Assembly: GCA_964350265.1 (NCBI GenBank)
Contig: CAYGJZ010000001.1
Coordinates: 33,944 to 97,943, forward strand
Origin: an uncultured Gammaproteobacteria bacterium
GTDB taxonomy: Bacteria; Pseudomonadota; Gammaproteobacteria; Arenicellales; CAJQKF01
Reading direction: 5' to 3'
DNA length: 64,000 nt
Shown here: piece after piece, positions 48,627 through 56,081 of the stretch
How positions within the stretch are numbered: the stretch's first letter is position 1
Layout of the letters: each line of letters begins with the position of its first letter
Translations under genes and position numbers: made by a program
Notes under the pieces: model-generated
The model's database searches: none
Told to the model about the DNA's origin: nothing
What the model saw: only the letters and a program-made list of their open reading frames with translations

Positions 48627-49619
48627 CTAGCCGCGCGACTTGCTCGTCGCACGCTTGCGCCGCGCCACCTTCGAGGTCATCGGCGGCACCGCGTTGTGCA
48701 TGCGGTTCTCGCTGAACCAGCGCTCGATGCCGCCGTTGTCGATGGCCTCGCCGAGCACGTCGATGACCGCCTTGGCCATCGGCATCATCGGGTCGCCCTC
48801 CACCCACACCAGGCCGACGGTCTCCTTCACCACCGGGTCTTCCAGCGCCACCCGGCGGGTGCCCGGGCAGTTGCTCAACATTTCCATGAAGTGACTGGGT
48901 ATGATGGTGGCCAGCTTGGCGGCGGCCACGTGGAAGGCGAGCTGGAAGATGGAGTTGGATTCCATCTTCGGCTGCGGCACGAAGCCGGAGCCGGCGAAGG
49001 CGCGGTCGAGGATCTGCCGCTCCGGGGTGCTCGGCGAGAGCAGGCACAACGGCAGTTGCGCCGCCTCTTCCCAGGTGGCGGACTCGCGGCCTTCCAGCCA
49101 GTCGTTTTCCGGCAGCAGCAGGATCAGCCGCTCGTCGTACAGGGGCAGGCTCTGCAGCCGGTCCATGGGCTGGCTGGAGAGGTAGGTGATGCCGACGTCG
49201 AACTCGAAGTTGGTCAGGCCGACGTTGAGCCGGTTCTGGCCGATGAACTGGATGTCCACCTGCACCCCGGGATGACGCTCGACGAACAGCTGGTTGACCA
49301 CCGGCAGCACCGGCGAGGTCATCGGCATGGCGCCGACCCGCAGCAGGCCCTGCAGGTTGCCGTGCATGATGGCCAGCTCCTCGAGCATGGCATTCTTGTC
49401 GGCGAGGATGCGCTTGGCCCAGGTGACCACCCGCATGCCTTCCTCGGTGAAGCCCTGGAAGCGGTGTGCCCGCAGTATGATGGGCACGTCGAGCTCGATC
49501 TCCAGTTGCTTGATGGCGCTGGAAAGACTCGGCTGGGAGACGTGGCAGTGTTCGGCGGCGCGGCCGAAGTGGCCGTGCTCCTCGAGGGAAACTAGGTACT
49601 CGAACTGTCGTAGAAACAT
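48627..49619 (-). CDS. LysR-family transcriptional regulator
   Basis: 330 aa from MFLRQFEYLVSLEEHGHFGRAAEHCHVSQPSLSSAIKQLE (ATG 49619; the ORF track TTG at 49634 is less likely). Divergent from the tauE-like gene. Confidence 0.9.
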   Translation of the reverse strand: MFLRQFEYLVSLEEHGHFGRAAEHCHVSQPSLSSAIKQLEIELDVPIILRAHRFQGFTEEGMRVVTWAKRILADKNAMLEELAIMHGNLQGLLRVGAMPMTSPVLPVVNQLFVERHPGVQVDIQFIGQNRLNVGLTNFEFDVGITYLSSQPMDRLQSLPLYDERLILLLPENDWLEGRESATWEEAAQLPLCLLSPSTPERQILDRAFAGSGFVPQPKMESNSIFQLAFHVAAAKLATIIPSHFMEMLSNCPGTRRVALEDPVVKETVGLVWVEGDPMMPMAKAVIDVLGEAIDNGGIERWFSENRMHNAVPPMTSKVARRKRATSKSRG

Positions 49620-49707
49620 GCTCGTTGCCTGCAAAAATCAACCATACATCGCCGAGCCCACGTCGTTCGTCGGCCGGCACAACGAGACGAGAGCCGGCTC
49701 GAAGTTT

Positions 49708-49735
49708 GAACGCTAAGACGTTGATCATAGCGTTC
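49708..49735. promoter_or_regulatory. Palindromic LysR-type operator in the lysR / tauE divergent region
   Basis: GAACGCTA-N12-TAGCGTTC (8-bp perfect arms), 33 nt upstream of the tauE-like ATG. Confidence 0.55.
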
Positions 49736-49767
49736 CCACGCCGGGTGGTCGAGGGAGGAGGGCGACC

Positions 49768-50529
49768 ATGACGATGATGACGATCCTGCCACTGGCCGTG
49801 GTGGTCCTGGTTTCCGGCGCATTGATCGGCTGTGTCGGCATCGGCGGCGTGCTGCTGGTGCCGGCGCTGGCCTACATCGGCGGCATCGACGTGCACCTGG
49901 CCATTGCCAGCGTGATGCTCAGCTATTTCTTCACCGGCGTGCTCGGCACCTGGCTGTATGCGCGCAAGGGATCCATCACCTGGGCGATGGCCGGCACCCT
50001 GTGCGCCGGCGCCATGCCCGGTGCCTTCCTCGGCGCCGCCGCGGTGCACGCGGTGCCGGGGCCGACGGTGGAACTGATCATCGGCCTTTTGGTGATCTTC
50101 TCCGGCCTGCATGCCCTGTACAGCGGCGAACGCAGTGCCAGCCGGGAGAGCCTGTCGGCGGCGGCACTGTTCGCGGTGGGCTTGTTCACCGGCTTCGGTT
50201 CGTCCCTCACCGGCTCTGGCGGGCCGTTGCTGCTGGTGCCGCTGCTGGTGTGGATGGGGCTGCCGGTGCTGGTCTCCATCGGTCTCAGCCAGGTCATCCA
50301 GGTGCCCATCGCGGTGCTGGCCACCGCGGGCAACATCGCCTACGGCGAGATCGACCTGGTGCTGGCACTGGTGGTGGCGGCGATGCTGATGCTCGGCGTG
50401 GTGGCCGGTGCGCGGCTGGCCCACCGGGTGTCGGCACGGACCCTGAAGCAGGTGGTGGCCTGGGTGATGGTGGCGGTGGGCGTCATCATCGTGGTGCGGA
50501 TCGGCTGGACCATGCTCGGCGGCGGTTGA
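49768..50529 (+). CDS. TauE/SafE-family sulfite (anion) exporter
   Basis: 253-aa ORF with about 8 TM segments. TauE/SafE-type glycine-rich repeats (GIGGVLLVPAL, GSGGPLLLVPLL). Confidence 0.8.
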   Translation: MTMMTILPLAVVVLVSGALIGCVGIGGVLLVPALAYIGGIDVHLAIASVMLSYFFTGVLGTWLYARKGSITWAMAGTLCAGAMPGAFLGAAAVHAVPGPTVELIIGLLVIFSGLHALYSGERSASRESLSAAALFAVGLFTGFGSSLTGSGGPLLLVPLLVWMGLPVLVSIGLSQVIQVPIAVLATAGNIAYGEIDLVLALVVAAMLMLGVVAGARLAHRVSARTLKQVVAWVMVAVGVIIVVRIGWTMLGGG

Positions 50530-50537
50530 GGCGAACC

Positions 50538-51536
50538 GTGGATCTCTCCGGCCTGGTGCGCGACTACGGCGACGTCGACGCCGAGTGGCGCGCCGCGCGC
50601 GAGGATGCCGCGCTGTTCGACTTCTCCTTCATGTCGCGGGCGCGGCTGGCCGGCGCCGGTGCCGCCGCCGCGCTCAACGCCTTCCAGCCCCGGCCGGTGG
50701 AGCGGCTGGCGGTGGGCCGCATCGCCTATGCCCTGCGTCTCGCCGCCGACGGCTTCGTACGCACCGATCTCACCGTGTGGCGGCTGGCCGAGGATGTCTT
50801 CGAGCTGTACAGCGGCGACCACCGGGACATCGACGACCTGCTCGCCATGGCGGGTGACGACGTCGCCGTGACCGACCTGTCCGAACATGCCGTCTTCGCC
50901 GTGCAGGGGCCGTCGACCCCGGCGCGGATGCACGCCCTGTGCGGCGACGCCCTGGACGGGCTCGACTACTTCGGCTTTCGCGCCATCGAGGTCCATGGCC
51001 TGCCGGTGCTCGCCGGGCGGCTGGGCTATACCGGCGAGAAGGGCGTCGAGCTGATCGTCGATGCCGACCATGCCGCGGTCCTGTGGCAACACCTCGCCGA
51101 CCGCTTGCCGCCGGCCGGCTTCGCCGCCATCGACCGGCTGCGCATCGAGGCCGGCTTCGTGCTGTTCGCCAACGAGTGCCGGCTGCCGGTGCGGCCGGCG
51201 GACCTGGGTCTTGGCGGGTTCGCCGCCGACCCGGCGCCGCCGCGCTGGCGGCTGACCGGCTTCCGCGCCGCCCAGGCCCTGCCCACCGAGCCCTGGCGTC
51301 CGCCCGGGCCGCCGCGGCCACCACGGGCGGGGGAGATCGCGGTGACCTCCGCCTGCCGCCACGGCGACGGCGTCATCGGCCTCGGCTTCGTCGACGCCGG
51401 GTCGGCCGCCGCGCGGCTGCACGACCCGGTCACCTTCGGCGAGGTGGTGGCCGCCTCCATCCCCTTTCTCGACCCCGAAAAACGCCGTCCCCGCGGGCCC
51501 TGGCGGGCCGAACCCGGCCCCGGTTCCGCCGGCTGA
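50538..51536 (+). CDS. GcvT-family (aminomethyltransferase-like) folate-binding protein
   Basis: 332 aa from a GTG (VDLSGLVRDYG) in the frame of ORF 50001..51536. GcvT landmarks AALFDFSFM, FAVQGP, GYTGEKGVEL, RLRIEAGF. Starts 8 nt after the tauE stop. Confidence 0.75.
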   Translation: MDLSGLVRDYGDVDAEWRAAREDAALFDFSFMSRARLAGAGAAAALNAFQPRPVERLAVGRIAYALRLAADGFVRTDLTVWRLAEDVFELYSGDHRDIDDLLAMAGDDVAVTDLSEHAVFAVQGPSTPARMHALCGDALDGLDYFGFRAIEVHGLPVLAGRLGYTGEKGVELIVDADHAAVLWQHLADRLPPAGFAAIDRLRIEAGFVLFANECRLPVRPADLGLGGFAADPAPPRWRLTGFRAAQALPTEPWRPPGPPRPPRAGEIAVTSACRHGDGVIGLGFVDAGSAAARLHDPVTFGEVVAASIPFLDPEKRRPRGPWRAEPGPGSAG

Positions 51537-51548
51537 ACCATCAAACGG

Positions 51549-51634
51549 GGCTATCGAACCGCGCTCTTTTAAGTTCCCGGCTATCGTCTGATAAGCGAGA
51601 TCACTTTGACGCGCTTTCCCGCCGCTCACTATTC
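51549..51634 (+). promoter_or_regulatory. Conserved MSA-island promoter/operator element, copy 3 (upstream of the panB-like gene)
   Basis: GGCTATCGAA-N20-GGCTATCGTCTGATAAGCGAGATCACTTTGACG (51606-51611), then N17, then CTATTC (51629-51634). Same 30-nt spacing of the two GGCTATCG boxes as copy 1. Confidence 0.65.
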
Positions 51635-51794
51635 TGTGTCCCGAACAACGAGTTGCCGCGACGTGTCCCGATCCCTCGCCCGCAACCGCGCCCGCTGGGC
51701 GGTGGCGCGCGGGTGGCATTGCGCGTTGCCATTGGCAGGAAAGCCACGCCGCGACCACGCCAATCACCATGTACTACATGCAACAGGAGGACCG

Positions 51795-52691
51795 ATGAGT
51801 CAATCATCCGAGACGGCCGCACCGGCCAAGCGCAAGAAAGTCACCATCCCCATGCTCATGGACAAGATGAAGCGGGGCGAGGCGATCACGCAGATGGCCG
51901 TGTACGAGTACCGTCACGCCGTGGTCTGCGACCGGCTCGGCATGGACATCCTGTGCGTGTCCGATTCCGGCGGCATGATCCTGTTCGGCCACGAGAGCAC
52001 CACCTCCGTCACCTTCGAAGAGGTGATGATGATGTCCAAGGCCGTGCAGCGCGGTTCCAAGTACGGCCTGCGCATGGTCGACATGCCCTACTGGAGCTTC
52101 CACGTTTCCCCCGAGCAGGCGGTGGAGAATGCCGGCCGCTTCGTCCACGAGGCTGGCGCCGAGGTGATGAAGTGTGAAGGCAACCAGCACCATGCCAAGG
52201 CCATCGAGGCCATCATCAAGGCCGGCATCCCGGTGCAGGGCCACATCGGCATCACCCCCATGCGCATGCCCCAGCTCGGCGGCTTCCGCGCCCAGGGCAA
52301 GACCGCCGAAGACGCCAAGCGCCTGATCGACGACGCCTGGGCCTTCGTCGACGCCGGCTGCTTCTCCATCATGTGCGAAGTGGTCTCCAACGAGGTCAAC
52401 CAGTACCTCGCCGAGACCCTGCCGGTGCCGGTGATCTCGCTGGGCTCGGGCAACCGCGGCCACGGCGTGCACATCATCGCCAGCGACCTGTTCCACCTCT
52501 ACGAGGAACACGTGCCGCGGCACTCGAAGATCTACACCGATCTCATCCCGATCCTCGAGGACGTGTACACCCGCTACATGGACGACGTGCGCAACCGTGT
52601 CTACCCGGGCAAGGAGCACACCGTGTTCATGAAGGACGAGGAGCTCGCCGTGCTGAAGAAGGAGCTCAACTGGGAGCCGAAGACGGCCTGA
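51795..52691 (+). CDS. PanB-family (3-methyl-2-oxobutanoate hydroxymethyltransferase-like) protein
   Basis: 298 aa from MSQSSETAAP (AGGAGG RBS). Collinear with E. coli PanB as recalled: VSDSGGM/VGDSLGM, GHIGITP/GHLGLTP, GGFRAQGK/GGYKVQGR, PVISLGSG/PVIGIGAG, VYPGKEHT/VYPGEEHS. Confidence 0.8.
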   Translation: MSQSSETAAPAKRKKVTIPMLMDKMKRGEAITQMAVYEYRHAVVCDRLGMDILCVSDSGGMILFGHESTTSVTFEEVMMMSKAVQRGSKYGLRMVDMPYWSFHVSPEQAVENAGRFVHEAGAEVMKCEGNQHHAKAIEAIIKAGIPVQGHIGITPMRMPQLGGFRAQGKTAEDAKRLIDDAWAFVDAGCFSIMCEVVSNEVNQYLAETLPVPVISLGSGNRGHGVHIIASDLFHLYEEHVPRHSKIYTDLIPILEDVYTRYMDDVRNRVYPGKEHTVFMKDEELAVLKKELNWEPKTA

Positions 52692-52829
52692 CCCGGTTCG
52701 GTCCGCGACCACGCCCGTGGTCGCGGACTGTCCCCCGGCCGCATCCTTCGCGGCCGACCTCAGGCGGCTTTCCCCCGCCGCCGCCATGGGGTAGGCTGGC
52801 AGCCCGCCATTCGCGCAGCCGCCGCCTTC

Positions 52830-53894
52830 GTGCCCACCGCTCCTGCTGACCCCGCCGACTTCTCCCGCCGCCTGCTGGCCTGGTACGACGACCACGGCCG
52901 CCACGACCTGCCGTGGAAGCGCTCCCGCGACCGCTACCGCATCTGGGTCTCGGAGATCATGCTGCAGCAGACCAGGGTGGAGACCGTGCTCGACTACTAT
53001 GCGCGCTTCCTCGCCGCCTTCCCCGACGTCCATGCCCTGGCCCGGGCCGAGGCGGACGCGGTGCTGGCGCTGTGGGCCGGGCTTGGCTACTACGCCCGTG
53101 CCCGCAACCTGCACCGTGCCGCGCAGCAGGTGGTGGCAGCACACGGCGGCGACTTCCCGGACGACATCGACGCCCTCACCGCCCTGCCCGGCATCGGTCG
53201 TTCCACCGCCGCCGCCATCCTCGCCCTGTCCAGCGGCGCCCGCCATGCCATCTGCGACGGCAACGTGCGCCGGGTGCTGAGCCGGGTGCACCGGGTGGAG
53301 GGCGACCCCGCCGCCAGCGCCACCCAGGCGCGGCTGTGGCGGCTGGCCGAGGCCCACACCCCGGACCGGCGGGTGGACGACTACACCCAGGCCATCATGG
53401 ATCTCGGCGCCACCGTGTGCATGCGCAGGCCGCGCTGCGCACTCTGCCCGGTCCGGTCGCTGTGCGCCGGCTTCGCCGCCGGCGACGCCGATGCCTTCCC
53501 GTGGCCGCGCACGCGGCGGGCGCGGCCGCGTCAGCAGGCCGGCTTCCTGCTGCTGCGCGACGCCCGCGGCCGGCTGCTGCTGGAGCGGCGTCCGCCGGCC
53601 GGCATCTGGGGCGGACTGTGGTGCCCGCCCGAGGTCGGTGACGATATACTCGGCTGGATCCGGCAGCGCTTCGGCACTGCCCCGGCGTGCTGGCAGGACG
53701 AACCGCCCGTGCTGCACGGCTTCACCCACTTCGAGCTGGAGATCCGCCCGCGCAGCGCGGTGCTCGGCGACACCTACGCAGACGGCGGCGCGGTGGGCGA
53801 CCAGGCCGCGCTGCGCTGGCACGACCACGAACAACTCGCCGGCGCGGGACTGCCCGCGCCGTTTCGCAAACTCATCGACCAATCAGGAGGCTAG
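52830..53894 (+). CDS. mutY: A/G-specific adenine DNA glycosylase MutY
   Basis: 354-aa ORF (GTG). LPWKRSRDRYRIWVSEIMLQQT, HhH-GPD LPGIGRSTAAAI, 4Fe-4S cluster C-X6-C-X2-C-X5-C, Nudix-like C-terminus. Confidence 0.9.
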   Translation: MPTAPADPADFSRRLLAWYDDHGRHDLPWKRSRDRYRIWVSEIMLQQTRVETVLDYYARFLAAFPDVHALARAEADAVLALWAGLGYYARARNLHRAAQQVVAAHGGDFPDDIDALTALPGIGRSTAAAILALSSGARHAICDGNVRRVLSRVHRVEGDPAASATQARLWRLAEAHTPDRRVDDYTQAIMDLGATVCMRRPRCALCPVRSLCAGFAAGDADAFPWPRTRRARPRQQAGFLLLRDARGRLLLERRPPAGIWGGLWCPPEVGDDILGWIRQRFGTAPACWQDEPPVLHGFTHFELEIRPRSAVLGDTYADGGAVGDQAALRWHDHEQLAGAGLPAPFRKLIDQSGG

Positions 53895-53898
53895 CGCG

Positions 53899-54168
53899 AT
53901 GGCACGCACCGTGCACTGCGTCTACCTCGGCCGCGAGGCCGAAGGCCTGGAGATGGCGCCGTGGCCGGGGGAACTCGGCCAGAAGATCCTCGACAACGTG
54001 TCCAGGGAGGCCTGGGCCGAGTGGATGCGCTACCAGACCATGCTCATCAACGAGAAACGCCTGAAGCCCATGGACAAGGAACACCGCCGCTACCTCGGCG
54101 AGCAGATGGAGAAGTTCCTGTTCGGCGGCGAGGTGGACGAGGTGAGCGGCTATACCCCCGGCTCGTGA
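53899..54168 (+). CDS. yggX: Oxidative-damage protection / Fe(II)-trafficking protein YggX
   Basis: 89 aa, MARTVHCVYLGREAEGLE...WMRYQTMLINEKRL. AGGAGG RBS. Conserved mutY-yggX pairing. Confidence 0.9.
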   Translation: MARTVHCVYLGREAEGLEMAPWPGELGQKILDNVSREAWAEWMRYQTMLINEKRLKPMDKEHRRYLGEQMEKFLFGGEVDEVSGYTPGS

Positions 54169-54190
54169 AGACCAACGCAGGACAGGCGGC

Positions 54191-54898
54191 ATGAGCACGG
54201 CAGTGCTGTCGGCGGTGCGCGGCATCACCTTCGACCTGGACGACTCGCTGTGGGCGGTGTGGCCGGTGATCCACCGCGCCGAGGCGAAGATGCACGAGCA
54301 TCTCGCCGAGCACTACCCGCGCATTGCCGAGCGGCACGACGTGGCCTCGGTGCGCGACCTGCGCAACCGGGTGGCCGAGGCCCATCCGCAGCTTGCCTAC
54401 GACTTCACCGAGATGCGCCGGCTGACCTACGTCGAGCTGCTCATCGGCGCTGGTTATGCCGCCGACGGCGCCGACGACCTGCTGGCCCGCTTCCTCGACC
54501 TGCGCCACGAGGTCACCTTCTTCGACGACGTGCTGCCCGCGCTGGAAGCCCTGGCCGGTCGCTACCGCCTGTACGCGGTCTCCAACGGCAATGCCAGCCT
54601 CGCCCGGGTGGGCATCGACCACCTCTTCCACGGCCAGGTCAACGCCGGCATGGTGGGTGCGGGCAAGCCCGATGCGCGCATCTTCCACGTCGCCTGCGCC
54701 GAGCTCGACCTCGACCCGGGGCAGGTGCTGCACATCGGCGATCACCCGCTGGAGGACATCCACGGCGCCATGAGCGCCGGTCTCCGGGCCGCCTGGCTGA
54801 ACCGCACCGAGGCGACCTGGCCGCGCGAGGACGCCCCCGACCTCACCATCACCCGCCTCGACCAGCTGGTCGAGGCACTGCAGGCCGCGGAGGGCTGA
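54191..54898 (+). CDS. HAD-superfamily hydrolase (subfamily IA)
   Basis: 235-aa ORF. Motif I FDLDDSL, motif II VSNG, motif III K...GD. Confidence 0.8.
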   Translation: MSTAVLSAVRGITFDLDDSLWAVWPVIHRAEAKMHEHLAEHYPRIAERHDVASVRDLRNRVAEAHPQLAYDFTEMRRLTYVELLIGAGYAADGADDLLARFLDLRHEVTFFDDVLPALEALAGRYRLYAVSNGNASLARVGIDHLFHGQVNAGMVGAGKPDARIFHVACAELDLDPGQVLHIGDHPLEDIHGAMSAGLRAAWLNRTEATWPREDAPDLTITRLDQLVEALQAAEG

Positions 54899-54902
54899 GG
54901 AC

Positions 54903-56042
54903 ATGGCCGGCCGGCAGGAACGCTTCCTCGAGATGCCGACCACCTCGCCGGGTACCCTGCGACTGCTCAAGGTGCTGTCCTGGGGCGCCCCCGACGCCCG
55001 GCCCAAGGCCTACCTGCAGGCCGCGCTGCACGCCGACGAGCTGCCCGGCATGCTGGTGGCCCATCGCCTGGCCGCGCTGCTCGACGAGGCCGACGCCGCC
55101 GGCGAAGTGGTCGGCCAGGTGGTGCTGGTGCCGGTGGCCAACCCGGCGGGCCTGGCCCAGCGCATGCAGGGCAACATCCTCGGCCGGCTGGCCTTCGACA
55201 GCGGGCAGAACTTCAACCGCGGCCACGGCGACCTCGCCGAGGCCGCCGCCGCCCTGCTCGACGGCCGGCTCGGCGACGATGCCGCCGCCAACGGCGTGAT
55301 CCTGCGCGAGGCCCTGCGCCGTGCCGCCGCCGCCATGCCCGGCGACGACGAGGGCGCCTGGCTGCGCCGCACCCTGCTGGAGATGGCGGTGGACGCCGAC
55401 GTCTGCCTGGACCTGCACTGCGACAACGAGGCGGTGCTGCACCTGTATACCCACACCGCCGGCTGGCCGCGCGCCGCCGGCCTCGCCGCGCGGCTGGATG
55501 CCCGCGGCGTGTTCCTCGCCGACATCTCCGGCGGCCATCCCTTCGACGAGGCGGTGTCGCGGCCCCATGCCGAGCTGGCCGAGCGCTTTCCCGGCCATCC
55601 CTTGCCGGCGCCGCCCCTGTCCGCCACCGTGGAACTGCGCGGCCTGGCCGACGTCAACGAGACCCTGGCCGATGCCGACGCCCGCGGCCTGCTCGCCTTC
55701 CTGCGCGACGAGGGCATCGTCGCCGGCGACGCCGGCCCGCTGCCCGAGCCCTGCCAGGCCACCCCGCTGGCCGGCGTCGAGCACCTGCGCAGCCCGGTGG
55801 CCGGCCTCGTCGCCCATCGCGTGGCGGTGGGCGAACGGGTGACCAGGGGCCAGTGCGTGGCCCGCATCATCGACCCGATGGCCAGCTTCGGCGACGGCGT
55901 CACCGAGCTCACCGCGGGCACCGACGGCCTCGTCTATGCGCGCACCCATCACCGCATGGCGGCACCGGGCACGGTGATCGCCGGCATTGCCGGCAGCGAT
56001 GCCCTGCCGGGCAAGGACAGGGGGCCGCTGCTGACCGACTGA
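54903..56042 (+). CDS. Succinylglutamate desuccinylase/aspartoacylase (AstE/AspA) family metallohydrolase
   Basis: 379-aa ORF. LHADELPG zinc-ligand motif, NP.G, LDLHCD. Family-typical length. Confidence 0.75.
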   Translation: MAGRQERFLEMPTTSPGTLRLLKVLSWGAPDARPKAYLQAALHADELPGMLVAHRLAALLDEADAAGEVVGQVVLVPVANPAGLAQRMQGNILGRLAFDSGQNFNRGHGDLAEAAAALLDGRLGDDAAANGVILREALRRAAAAMPGDDEGAWLRRTLLEMAVDADVCLDLHCDNEAVLHLYTHTAGWPRAAGLAARLDARGVFLADISGGHPFDEAVSRPHAELAERFPGHPLPAPPLSATVELRGLADVNETLADADARGLLAFLRDEGIVAGDAGPLPEPCQATPLAGVEHLRSPVAGLVAHRVAVGERVTRGQCVARIIDPMASFGDGVTELTAGTDGLVYARTHHRMAAPGTVIAGIAGSDALPGKDRGPLLTD

Positions 56043-56081
56043 CCCCGTTCGAAGAAGGATTCCACCGAAGGAGATGAAAGG

